Virus record (IMG/VR): IMGVR_UViG_3300044723_008170
Location: 1-50,564 of that record
DNA: 50,564 nt
DNA from: a virus
Lineage: Duplodnaviria; Caudoviricetes
Direction: 5' to 3' (one strand)
In this document: piece after piece, positions 20,533 to 29,163 of the stretch
Layout: each line of letters begins with the position of its first letter
Numbering within the stretch: the stretch's first letter is position 1
Made by a program: the position numbers and the translations under genes
Notes under the pieces: generated by a model
What the model saw: only the letters and a program-made list of their open reading frames with translations
Databases searched by the model: none
What the model was told of the DNA's origin: nothing

Positions 20533-20843
20533 TAGTAAAAGCCTCCGTCTGAGTTAATATCTGCTCCGACAATCTCATTTCTTGCGACCCACTCATCGCT
20601 TGCCGAGTCGTATATTAATAGTCCCTGTTCTTGTAGGGTATCTAGGTTAACATCATTTAGATCACGAATTCTTAGCGTTCCAAACGCCAAGGTACCACTT
20701 CCATTTGTTTTAATTACTTCGTTTGCGTTTCCATCTGCTGTAGGATACTGAATACCCGATGCTTTAAAGACTCCACCAACTGTGGCTGAATCTGCAACTT
20801 CAAGTCCCGTCTTTACTACAAAATTCTGTTTAACGGCCATCAT
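20532..20843 (-). CDS. Small fibre adaptor/virion protein
   Basis: NFVVKTGL N-terminus, YPTADG..NEV.KTNGSG.L.F and L.DVN motifs, ends DGGFY. Confidence 0.65.
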   Translation of the reverse strand: MMAVKQNFVVKTGLEVADSATVGGVFKASGIQYPTADGNANEVIKTNGSGTLAFGTLRIRDLNDVNLDTLQEQGLLIYDSASDEWVARNEIVGADINSDGGFY

Positions 20844-20870
20844 AAATCCTACTTAAAAATTTCTTTACTC

Positions 20871-20878
20871 TATTTATA
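20871..20878 (-). promoter_or_regulatory. T4-type late promoter TATAAATA
   Basis: Exact consensus in the intergenic gap. Confidence 0.8.
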
Positions 20879-20881
20879 ACA

Positions 20882-21811
20882 TTACGCATTTACGTCAATT
20901 CTCTTTGATTTGAAACTTGTGTTTGTATATGATGGAGTAAGTGTAAGAGTAACATTTCCACCAGATATAGAAGCATCAAATTCTCCAAGAGATGAATCAG
21001 TAGTCACCATAGCATATTCGGTAATATAAACTTGTGATCCATTATGCGTTAATAGCAATTCCGAAGAATGATATTTGCTATCAGAATCATGTTCAATTTG
21101 TACAAGATACTTTGCTGTTCTCAAAGCAGAAGCTGAGAAGGTATCAATTGTTTGTTGTGTAATTGTAGTAAAATCTTGAGAGACCTCTTCTAGAAGTCTA
21201 CCATCATATACAGAAGAATCTAGGCGATCATCGATGATACGATTGACTTGATCAGAATCAATTGCTGATGTTAGTACAGCGTTCTCTGATCCTGGAATAA
21301 TGTTTCCACTTGAGTCAGTAGCACCGATTGTAAGAGATCCACCAGAATCAGATAAAGATAATCCACCAATATATACCGTTCTACCCGCAATATAAAGAGC
21401 TCTAAATTTATTTGTCGGTGAACCAAGATCATACTGCTGATTTGCATCGGGTATTACATGATCTGTAATCTTAACAGGGCCAATGAGTTTAATGCCACTG
21501 CCACTATCTTCTATATTTTGTAAGCCAATCTGATCAATATAAGCAGAATCAATTAATGCTAATACTTCAGAAGAATCAAGAGTAAATCTCTTGACCATAT
21601 CAGAATCTAAGATTGTAGGAGTATTCGTAAAGTTATTGTAGTCAAGATAATAGGAAGCAGAATCGCCATTTAAAGTCGACGCATCAAATTTAGCAGCGGT
21701 AATACGTTTAACTGGAGGACCTAGAACAATCTTTTTAACGATTGTTTGATCTTCTGACAGTTTTACCTGAGCGTTTTGGGAGACCTTTACAAGGATCTTA
21801 TCTGTCGACAT
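20882..21811 (-). CDS. Virion structural/fibre-associated protein
   Basis: IPDAN..YDLGSP..KFR.LY fibre motif and C-terminal IDTF...AKYLVQI...E.LL.HNG...TEYA domain. About 12 DS dipeptides. Confidence 0.65.
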   Translation of the reverse strand: MSTDKILVKVSQNAQVKLSEDQTIVKKIVLGPPVKRITAAKFDASTLNGDSASYYLDYNNFTNTPTILDSDMVKRFTLDSSEVLALIDSAYIDQIGLQNIEDSGSGIKLIGPVKITDHVIPDANQQYDLGSPTNKFRALYIAGRTVYIGGLSLSDSGGSLTIGATDSSGNIIPGSENAVLTSAIDSDQVNRIIDDRLDSSVYDGRLLEEVSQDFTTITQQTIDTFSASALRTAKYLVQIEHDSDSKYHSSELLLTHNGSQVYITEYAMVTTDSSLGEFDASISGGNVTLTLTPSYTNTSFKSKRIDVNA

Positions 21812-21820
21812 TTAAAATAC

Positions 21821-22174
21821 TCATTTCGTCACCGATGGTGTTACTTGAATGCGGCCTTCAAGTATCCTTTCAATCACGGAATTTGAATCGCTATCAAGAT
21901 ATGAAAGTTCTACGTCATATACGTATCTTCCAGACTTGAGAACGTCAGTTTGAGTATTTGTGAGCGACAATGTGACAATGCCATCTGTTGCTGGAGAAGC
22001 GACTATTGTAGTAAAGTCGTGAGTATCGGCGCTATCGCTATTATAATTTTTCTTCATTTTAGCATTTACAGTATAGCCATTCAGATTCTTGGCTGCACCT
22101 GCAGTATCTGTTAAATGAAGTTCAAAAGCGATGTCTGCTCCTTGATCGATGGTAAATTCTTCATACTGGGCCAT
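21821..22174 (-). CDS. Conserved small phage structural protein (Ig/BppU-like adaptor)
   Basis: IDQGA.....L...NL.GYT...KMKK...G.V.LSLT..QT..L..GRYVYDVE...RILEG...VTP.VT pattern, common in T4-like aquatic phages. Confidence 0.65.
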   Translation of the reverse strand: MAQYEEFTIDQGADIAFELHLTDTAGAAKNLNGYTVNAKMKKNYNSDSADTHDFTTIVASPATDGIVTLSLTNTQTDVLKSGRYVYDVELSYLDSDSNSVIERILEGRIQVTPSVTK

Positions 22175-22228
22175 GAAATACCTTCCGTGATTTCTTTGTC
22201 GGACGCGAACGCCCCTGCCTACAGAGTA

Positions 22229-22242
22229 TATTTATATAAATA
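22229..22242. promoter_or_regulatory. Palindromic bidirectional late promoter TATTTATATAAATA
   Basis: TATAAATA on the minus strand (22229-22236) and on the plus strand (22235-22242), between divergent genes. Confidence 0.85.
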
Positions 22243-22247
22243 ATTTT

Positions 22248-22793
22248 ATGTACATGATGAAACAATGGAATGAAACTCTAGATTTGTCAAGTTTTTATGA
22301 TGAGGCTCGAAAACGTGGCTATCATAATAATGACTCATACGACAGTATGATTAAGCCGTTTGAAGATCTAGATGATACTCAAATTCTTATTCTGTATTAC
22401 AATGATAAAGCTGTAGGAAGTTCTATATCACATCCATTTTTAGATGGTTATCGAATATTTGCAAGGCTATGCGTATTTACAGATCTAACACCATTCAAGC
22501 GTTGTGGAACGGTTAGAGCATTTAAAGAACACCAACATATAACAGCAAGGTTCTTTTTACCAGAACACGCAAAACTCAATGGCCCTTTATATTTTACTAC
22601 ACATCCTGAGCCAACAGCTAAAATGAAAGGTGTTCATAATAACGCAGCTAAGTGGTTCGAACAAGCCGGAGTGTCTGCGTGGTTAGGTGACATGAAATAT
22701 AGAGGATGTGTACAGTCTATTTGGAAAGTTAATACACAAAAGTGGCTTGATGATATGGACAAATATCCCATATACTATGGAAATTTAAAATAA
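22248..22793 (+). CDS. Hypothetical protein, possibly GNAT-like fold
   Basis: Clean ORF directly after the late promoter. The ILYYNDKAVG...YRIFARLCV pattern is only weakly reminiscent of acyltransferases. Confidence 0.5.
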   Translation: MYMMKQWNETLDLSSFYDEARKRGYHNNDSYDSMIKPFEDLDDTQILILYYNDKAVGSSISHPFLDGYRIFARLCVFTDLTPFKRCGTVRAFKEHQHITARFFLPEHAKLNGPLYFTTHPEPTAKMKGVHNNAAKWFEQAGVSAWLGDMKYRGCVQSIWKVNTQKWLDDMDKYPIYYGNLK

Positions 22794-23287
22794 TGCATTA
22801 CTATCCTACAAATATAGAACTGGATATTCCACATGAATATATTCTAGAATTCATTTCTAAAAATAATTGGACAAGACACAAAAGCACTGTGTCAAATAGA
22901 ATGACATCTTTGTGGTATACACCAATATGGCAAAACAATAATCTAATTAATGAAAATTGGAATCCAAAAATAAAAACAAAGATTCCAAGATTAAAGCATT
23001 CCGTAATATTGCTTAAGATACCGGCGCACGCTCATGAGCCTCCTCATGTAGATGGTGACAAAAATCCACGTAAGACTGCTTGGATTTTTCCTCTTAGTGA
23101 ATCATACGCTCCAACTAGATTTTATGAAGGAGATAATCTTATTGATGAATACGCAGGACAAATGTTATTAAACACTGCAAAAATTCATGAAGTTTGCAAT
23201 GGTGAGAAAGACAGATATAATTTACAAATTTGTTTTGAAGAAAATATAGAAACAGTTTTAGAAGAACATTTAGATATTATTTTCTAA
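22793..23287 (+). CDS. 2OG-Fe(II) oxygenase/cupin-like protein
   Basis: PPHVD...LLNTAKIHEV.N...RYNLQI (HxD...H...R). Confidence 0.7.
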   Translation: MHYYPTNIELDIPHEYILEFISKNNWTRHKSTVSNRMTSLWYTPIWQNNNLINENWNPKIKTKIPRLKHSVILLKIPAHAHEPPHVDGDKNPRKTAWIFPLSESYAPTRFYEGDNLIDEYAGQMLLNTAKIHEVCNGEKDRYNLQICFEENIETVLEEHLDIIF

Positions 23288-23917
23288 GTAACTTCTTTCT
23301 GCGCATCCAAAACATGTTCCACATTCTGATCCATTATACTTATCACATGATAAAGTAAGATCAAATAAATCTTGTATATCATAAGTTTTGTACATTTCAT
23401 ATATTTGAGCTTTAGTAAATTCGCTCAAAACGTAGTGAATAGGCCAATCACCAAGATTAGGACTTCTTAAAGTTTCTGCGTTGTCAATCATGTATCTTAT
23501 TTTATCAAAAGTAGTTCCATGATATTTTTCTATTTTTTCAAGATAATCTAACTCTAGGATTTTTGTCGTACCAGTTAATACAATTGCGTTAATAGAATTT
23601 TCTTTCTGGTATTCAAGCGCTTCTTCTTTTAGTGCTTTTCTTGGTACTAGAGGATCATCAAATACTTTACGAATATACCTTGAATTGTCGACATCAACAC
23701 TTGGAAATTTATTTTTAACGTACTGAATAATCTTATCAGTTTTTTCAATCACGTAATACTCATTATCAACTGTCACTTCAGATACAGGATGAATAGTAAT
23801 ATCAATAGAGTTTTCACTTACATATTTACATAATAAATAAAACAAAATGGCGCCCTTTGTTCCAGGCGACATAGCTAGCACAATATCAGTTTTATCTGAA
23901 GGAATATTGAAATTCAT
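23270..23917 (-). CDS. QueC-like PP-loop/zinc-finger protein with degenerate ATP loop
   Basis: C-terminal TLSC......ECGTCFGCAER and K..I....L...T.SC pattern. The N-terminus has AMSPGTKG where SGGxDS is expected. Confidence 0.65.
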   Translation of the reverse strand: MNFNIPSDKTDIVLAMSPGTKGAILFYLLCKYVSENSIDITIHPVSEVTVDNEYYVIEKTDKIIQYVKNKFPSVDVDNSRYIRKVFDDPLVPRKALKEEALEYQKENSINAIVLTGTTKILELDYLEKIEKYHGTTFDKIRYMIDNAETLRSPNLGDWPIHYVLSEFTKAQIYEMYKTYDIQDLFDLTLSCDKYNGSECGTCFGCAERSYLENNI

Positions 23918-24437
23918 GATTATCTCCGAGTCTACAATGCCAATTACTTTATTACCAGAAAAATTTGATGTTTCCGAATTACTATCTATTTATAACTCTA
24001 TAGACATCACATCTCAACAGATCTATATTACCTCTCTTAATGGAAAAACATATTCATATGATTCAATGGAAATGAAGAAATATATGGCTGAAGGAAAAGC
24101 GTATCTTCTTAATGATATGATAATTATAAATGAATTGTTTAAAGATTCATATCTTGAAGATGTTTATAATGAAGTAAAAAAGAAATACGACGTATGCCGT
24201 GCTAGATTTTTAAAGCTAGATCCTAGAATAAGAGCATATTCTTATCACAAAGATCAATCAGAAAGATATCACATACCTTTAACAACAGACAATGACTCCA
24301 TGCTTTTAATTGAAGATAACGTATATAGACTTTCAGAAATTGGAGCACTATATAAAGTTGACACACTACAGAAACACACTGCTATGAATTTAGGTTGGAA
24401 TGATAGAATACATATAGTATTTGATAAAAGGATATAA
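23916..24437 (+). CDS. Aspartyl/asparaginyl beta-hydroxylase-like 2OG-Fe(II) oxygenase
   Basis: RARFLKL.P...YSYHKD...RYHIPL.T...DT...HTAMN.G..DRIHIV. Start is probably 23916 or 23937 rather than 23847. Confidence 0.75.
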   Translation: MIISESTMPITLLPEKFDVSELLSIYNSIDITSQQIYITSLNGKTYSYDSMEMKKYMAEGKAYLLNDMIIINELFKDSYLEDVYNEVKKKYDVCRARFLKLDPRIRAYSYHKDQSERYHIPLTTDNDSMLLIEDNVYRLSEIGALYKVDTLQKHTAMNLGWNDRIHIVFDKRI

Positions 24438-24438
24438 T

Positions 24439-25734
24439 ATGAACGAAAAAGATTATGGGTGGTTCTGCACGACTCTCTTTACTCACATTCACACCAATGT
24501 TGACAATGAATGGAGCCCATGCTGTAGATCTACAAGAGATGAAAACTTTCCTGTTAAAACTGTAGAGAATACTACACCTCTGGAATACTTTAATTCTGAA
24601 GAAATGAATCTTTATAGAGATTTGACTCTTGCAGGAAAAACTCCTTCTGTTTGTAAGAGATGCAGATACGAAGAAGACATCGGTGTTCAATCCTATAGAC
24701 AACTATCAAACAAGTATGGTGATATTGAAAAAGCATATAAGATTGCAGATCACTATAAGAAAACAGGTGAAATAAATTTTGAAGATAGAGTCTTAGACAT
24801 TAAAGTTAAAATCTTTGGTAACTACTGTAACCTTAAATGCTTTATGTGTCATCCTCATAACTCATCATCTCGTCAAGTAGAACTAAAGAGAATGGGAAAA
24901 CATTATGACTTTGATTTTCTCTCTTTAGCCCAACCAGAAAAAGATAGAACATTGTCATTTGAAAAGACTGTACACTTTGATGATGTAATTGAAGAGCTTG
25001 TAAAGTTAGCTCCATACACTACAAGGCTTAAGATTCTTGGTGGTGAACCATTTATTATGGACAGCCATTATGATCTTCTTGATAGATATGTTGAAATAGG
25101 AGAAGCAAAAAATATTTCTCTATACTATGTTTCTAACTTGACAAAGTTCAAAAGAAAGAACAAAGACTTTTTAAAGTACATTGATTTATTCAAAGAAGTT
25201 TTAATTACAGCTTCAATGGATGGGATATATGAACAAGCAGAATGGGTAAGATATGGATTGAATTGGAATGAGTTTGTAGAAAACCTTGAAACAATTCAAA
25301 ATTATGACAACGTGCATCTCAATATTAATTTTACAGCGTCAGTATTGTCAGTTTTTCAAGCCACAGATTTTTACGACTACTTTGTTCTAGAGCATGGAAT
25401 AATTCCACACGTTGATGATAATGTAGTTTTTACTCCTAATATATTAAACATGAGACACTTGCCAGACGATATAAAAGAAAAGCTGATCACCAACATTGAA
25501 AATCATTCTCGCTCTGAAGCTTTCAAAGGAATTGTTTCGGTGTTAAAAGAAGAACGAGATGAAGAAGCTTTTCAGTTAGGTATGACTTATATTAAATTAC
25601 TCAATGATTTTAGAATGACAAATGTAGAAAAGCTTTTTCCAGAATTAGAATTCTATATCAACAACGCTAACATGGACTTACACAATGAAGTTGAACATAT
25701 TGTGCGCAAAGTGGGGAAAGCAGTATACGGATGA
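24439..25734 (+). CDS. Radical SAM protein with N-terminal SPASM/twitch-like Cys cluster
   Basis: CNLKCFMC (CxxxCxxC), GGEP, S.DG...E.VRYG..W, and N-terminal C...PCC...CKRC. RBS AAGGA before ATG 24439. Confidence 0.9.
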   Translation: MNEKDYGWFCTTLFTHIHTNVDNEWSPCCRSTRDENFPVKTVENTTPLEYFNSEEMNLYRDLTLAGKTPSVCKRCRYEEDIGVQSYRQLSNKYGDIEKAYKIADHYKKTGEINFEDRVLDIKVKIFGNYCNLKCFMCHPHNSSSRQVELKRMGKHYDFDFLSLAQPEKDRTLSFEKTVHFDDVIEELVKLAPYTTRLKILGGEPFIMDSHYDLLDRYVEIGEAKNISLYYVSNLTKFKRKNKDFLKYIDLFKEVLITASMDGIYEQAEWVRYGLNWNEFVENLETIQNYDNVHLNINFTASVLSVFQATDFYDYFVLEHGIIPHVDDNVVFTPNILNMRHLPDDIKEKLITNIENHSRSEAFKGIVSVLKEERDEEAFQLGMTYIKLLNDFRMTNVEKLFPELEFYINNANMDLHNEVEHIVRKVGKAVYG

Positions 25735-26371
25735 GTATGTAGAAAAACTCTATAGAGGTTGCAAAGATAAGCTACTCTATGATTTTGAATTTTACTGCTT
25801 GACAGATAATACCGATCCTATTAAAGGTGTGCACTTACGAGAACCTGATGGAATTAAGTATTGGAACTCATCTGTAAAGATGATGGACCCTCCTAAGATG
25901 CATTACTTTAGAGAGAATTTCTTAAATTTAGAGGGATATATTTTAGCTCTTGATCTAGACATGATTATTCTAGATCACTTTGATTTAAACTACAATAAGC
26001 CAACCACTATTTGGAAATATTGGAGATCTCAATCTTGGTTTGATTCTCGTCAACACGAAGAGCGTACACAGACGAATGGATCAATGTATTTCTATAAACA
26101 AAATAGTATGGTTGACTATTTCAATGAGTATATAAAAAGAGAAGATGAATATGTTCAAGCATATGCTGGAACTGATAATTATCATCAATATTGCGGCAAA
26201 TATGGCTGGCAGTATTTTGATAAATTGACATGCTATTCGTACTCACAAGGCGCTCATGAGAATGACACAAAAAAAGAAAAGTATAGACCAGCTTATTCTA
26301 CATGCATTTTTAATGGGGATTCACCAATGATTCATACCTGCAATAATTGGGTAAAAGATTATTGGAGTTAA
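25685..26371 (+). CDS. Glycosyltransferase-like protein (GT-A, DxD)
   Basis: ILCAKWG..Y..EYV.KL...F.CLTD...K...F...LDLD...NGS family pattern. Confidence 0.75.
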   Translation: MKLNILCAKWGKQYTDEYVEKLYRGCKDKLLYDFEFYCLTDNTDPIKGVHLREPDGIKYWNSSVKMMDPPKMHYFRENFLNLEGYILALDLDMIILDHFDLNYNKPTTIWKYWRSQSWFDSRQHEERTQTNGSMYFYKQNSMVDYFNEYIKREDEYVQAYAGTDNYHQYCGKYGWQYFDKLTCYSYSQGAHENDTKKEKYRPAYSTCIFNGDSPMIHTCNNWVKDYWS

Positions 26372-26442
26372 TCTTCATAGATGAACACCGGTTCATCCTT
26401 TTTCTTTTTTAATAATCTCTTTTTAAGCATAAATTTTTTCAT
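26368..26442 (-). CDS. Unannotated 24-aa basic micro-protein MKKFMLKKRLLKKKKDEPVFIYED
   Basis: Translated by hand. It overlaps the end of the SGNH gene, and its stop shares TTAA with the converging GT stop. Confidence 0.55.
   Translation of the reverse strand: MKKFMLKKRLLKKKKDEPVFIYED
26380..26410 (+). terminator. Putative intrinsic terminator
   Basis: GATGAAC-ACCG-GTTCATC followed by CTTTTTCTTTTTT, 8 nt after the GT stop. Confidence 0.55.
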
Positions 26443-27217
26443 AAGTTTTCGAAAATATCTTAGCAATTTCTTCTTGCCCTTTACCGTTTGGGTGTCCATC
26501 AATCTTTGAAATCCTAAATTCTTCAATGTTTTCATTAATAATAGTGTCTAGATGATGACCTCCAATCACGTCAAAGAGTGGCCATCCATAAAAATTTTCT
26601 ACATCTAAATCATCATAATACATATGATTAAGAAAATTTTCTAGTTTTGGATATATTGTGTTTTTGATATAAGTAAAATCAAAGAAAGAAAATTGTATTG
26701 GTTTTACTCCTTGTGCAAAAATATATTTGATATTTCTTTTCTCGAGAAAATCTTTTAATATCCACATATGAAATAACGTGTCATCTAAGATTTCTCCAAA
26801 ATCTAAATAATTTTCCATAATAATTTCTGATAACTCGTGTTGCAATTTATATTTTGGATTACGAGCTAATAATTTATCTTCTTGCTCTTGTGTTATCTTA
26901 TTCTTTTTATCGCACATTGCAATAGGACAAAACTTACGTCCATAAAGATTAAATCTATCCCAACCAGACCATAACACTAAAACTAATTTTACATTTGGAT
27001 TTTCATTGACAGCATTAATGACTGATTGACATATGCGCTGATTTCCACTTCCACTAGTACCTAAATTTAAAACTTTATAATTATATTGCTTACCAAAAAT
27101 AGCAGGCCATTTATCCCAAGAAGTATCAAGATCCAGATGAAATATAGAAGTAAAATTAGGATCTGTAAAACTACATCCACCAGCAATCATCAAAGGTTTC
27201 TTAGAAAACTTTAACAT
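26423..27217 (-). CDS. SGNH/GDSL-like hydrolase or acyltransferase
   Basis: GCSFT (block I), NLG.SGSGN (block II), WSG..R and DGHPN (block V). ATG at 27217 is preferred. Confidence 0.75.
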   Translation of the reverse strand: MLKFSKKPLMIAGGCSFTDPNFTSIFHLDLDTSWDKWPAIFGKQYNYKVLNLGTSGSGNQRICQSVINAVNENPNVKLVLVLWSGWDRFNLYGRKFCPIAMCDKKNKITQEQEDKLLARNPKYKLQHELSEIIMENYLDFGEILDDTLFHMWILKDFLEKRNIKYIFAQGVKPIQFSFFDFTYIKNTIYPKLENFLNHMYYDDLDVENFYGWPLFDVIGGHHLDTIINENIEEFRISKIDGHPNGKGQEEIAKIFSKTYEKIYA

Positions 27218-28508
27218 TATACATCCTTTCAAATTTAACAGCGTCTGTTAAATTATCAACCATTGGCTCACCTTTTATATTTAAACTAGTGTTAAGTAAC
27301 ATAGGACATTTTGTTAAATCATACCATTCTTCTAAAATTTGCCGAAGAATCGATTTGCAGTCTTTTTTTACAATCTGAACTCTGGCCGTGCCATCAACGT
27401 GCGTAACAGAATCATAATCATGTCTTGCCTTTGCCACATATTGCATATACTCATTCATAGGACCAGAAAAATATGCATATGCGTGTTCCTCTAAAATTGC
27501 GGGGGCAAACGGTCTGAACTTTTGTCTTTTTTTAATTTCATTAACAGTGTCTTTAATAGCTCTACGAGGATCACCGATAAGACTACGATTACCAAGGGCC
27601 CGAGGACCAAACTCAGCACGACCATGAGCCACACCACACACACCACGCTGAGAAATATATCGAGCAATTTCACGAGGATTGATGTCATTTTTTATTTCAG
27701 TTCCTAAGTATGGGTCGATCCACTTTACTTTCTTATCTATATAGGCTGCAGCAGCACCAAGACTCGATCCCGCATCTCCCGGATTAGGCATGATCCATAT
27801 CTTTTCAAAAAGAGGATAAATCTTTGAATTGGCTACACAGTTAAGAGCTACACCACCGCCGTAACAAAGATACGATGAGTATGATCGAGCTCTTTTCATA
27901 ATCTTATAGATTTCATCTTCAATTATTTTTTGTGCACTCGCAGCTAGATCTTCGGGCTTTCCATCTAGTTCTATACCTCTATGATAATATTCATATGGAT
28001 CCAAATCATATAGAGGTTCACCAAACGCGGCCATGCCCATAGTAATATATTCATCTTCATTTGGCTTTAGACCACACGCCTTTGTAATAGCAGAATAGAA
28101 TAATCCAAGTGACTTCGGATATTTTAATGACCAGACTTTTTTCTTTTCCCACCAAATACTGGCGGTATCCCATTCACCGATTGCATCGATGACTACACAT
28201 ACCGGTTCTTCTGGCCACGGGCGGGTGTAGTACGCGCCCGCAGCATGCGACCAATGATGATGTACGTATGCATCATACTTTGGTCTGGACTTCCAAGACT
28301 GGCCAGCGTATAATCTTCGAGTATTTTTAAGAAATGGCTTTTCATAAAAGACAGTCGTGCCTTTCAGATCAAAGAGAGGAGATAACTCCTTATCATTCTT
28401 TTTTCTGGTAAGACGCTCTGAATGAGATGCATATATAATATTACCATCGCTATCTATTGTAGCGATCGCAGCGTCATGAAAGCCGTGTGAGATACCAGTG
28501 ATTAACAT
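27201..28508 (-). CDS. Carbamoyltransferase (NodU/CmcH/TobZ family)
   Basis: GIS..FHDAA, ER..R.KND, HH.SHAA, DAIGE, GGVALNCVAN, PGDAG, EFGPRALGNRS, FRPFAP, HVDGTARVQ and LLNTSLN..GEP. Confidence 0.95.
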   Translation of the reverse strand: MLITGISHGFHDAAIATIDSDGNIIYASHSERLTRKKNDKELSPLFDLKGTTVFYEKPFLKNTRRLYAGQSWKSRPKYDAYVHHHWSHAAGAYYTRPWPEEPVCVVIDAIGEWDTASIWWEKKKVWSLKYPKSLGLFYSAITKACGLKPNEDEYITMGMAAFGEPLYDLDPYEYYHRGIELDGKPEDLAASAQKIIEDEIYKIMKRARSYSSYLCYGGGVALNCVANSKIYPLFEKIWIMPNPGDAGSSLGAAAAYIDKKVKWIDPYLGTEIKNDINPREIARYISQRGVCGVAHGRAEFGPRALGNRSLIGDPRRAIKDTVNEIKKRQKFRPFAPAILEEHAYAYFSGPMNEYMQYVAKARHDYDSVTHVDGTARVQIVKKDCKSILRQILEEWYDLTKCPMLLNTSLNIKGEPMVDNLTDAVKFERMYNVKVF

Positions 28509-29163
28509 ACTATGCGTCAAATGGGGAACAGCTTATTCATCAGAGTATGTTAATAAGTTACACTCGATGATTAGCCGGCACTTACATATTCCTTTTCAAA
28601 TGTTCTGTCTTACCGATGATCCTCAAGGGATCATTAACGATATTACTTGTTTATCTATAATCGATGATAGATGGGAAAAATGGTGGAATAAAATTTCTCT
28701 TCTCAACGATCCAAGAATTCCAAAAAATACTTGTTTACTTTTTGATCTAGATGTGGTAATATATAATGATATTTCAAACTTAGCCTTAGAAGCAAATGAT
28801 ACTTTGACTATCGCAGAATCCTACTGGGTTGATCCTGTTCGAAACTTTAAGGGTTACAATCGAAATTTATCTTGTGATCTTAACTCTTCAATTATGATCT
28901 GGAGTCATACACCAGAAGTTAAGAAGATCTATGATTTCTTTGATAACAACCAAGAATATTTGGTAAACAACTATAAAGGCATTGACAAAGTTTTTTACTA
29001 TTACGAATTTGAAGAATTTGAAGTTAAGACTATTAGCAATGATTGGCTTCAATCATATCACCATACTGGATTTAACAAAGAAAAAGGATCTGTTCTTATT
29101 TTTAATCAAGGTATTAAACAGCATGAGATAGAAGATAAGTTGGTGCATGAACTATGGCATTAA
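28498..29163 (+). CDS. Glycosyltransferase-like protein (GT-A, DxD)
   Basis: ILCVKWG..YS.EYV.KL...CLTDD...WWNK...FDLDVV...NSSIM. GTG start. Confidence 0.78.
   Translation: MINILCVKWGTAYSSEYVNKLHSMISRHLHIPFQMFCLTDDPQGIINDITCLSIIDDRWEKWWNKISLLNDPRIPKNTCLLFDLDVVIYNDISNLALEANDTLTIAESYWVDPVRNFKGYNRNLSCDLNSSIMIWSHTPEVKKIYDFFDNNQEYLVNNYKGIDKVFYYYEFEEFEVKTISNDWLQSYHHTGFNKEKGSVLIFNQGIKQHEIEDKLVHELWH

Noticed and set aside
17936-20557. Several plus-strand ORFs of 60-143 aa opposite the fibre gene, with similar ones at 3111, 4514, 7499, 14666, 34537-35475, 39783 and 42133-43435
   Set aside because: These are antisense shadows of Thr/Gly/Ala/Ser-rich coding sequence, with low-complexity V/P/S/A translations and no recognisable motifs.
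23270-23917. 7-deazaguanine DNA modification system
   Set aside because: Only a degenerate QueC-like gene is present. The radical SAM protein is not QueE-like and no DpdA is in the window.
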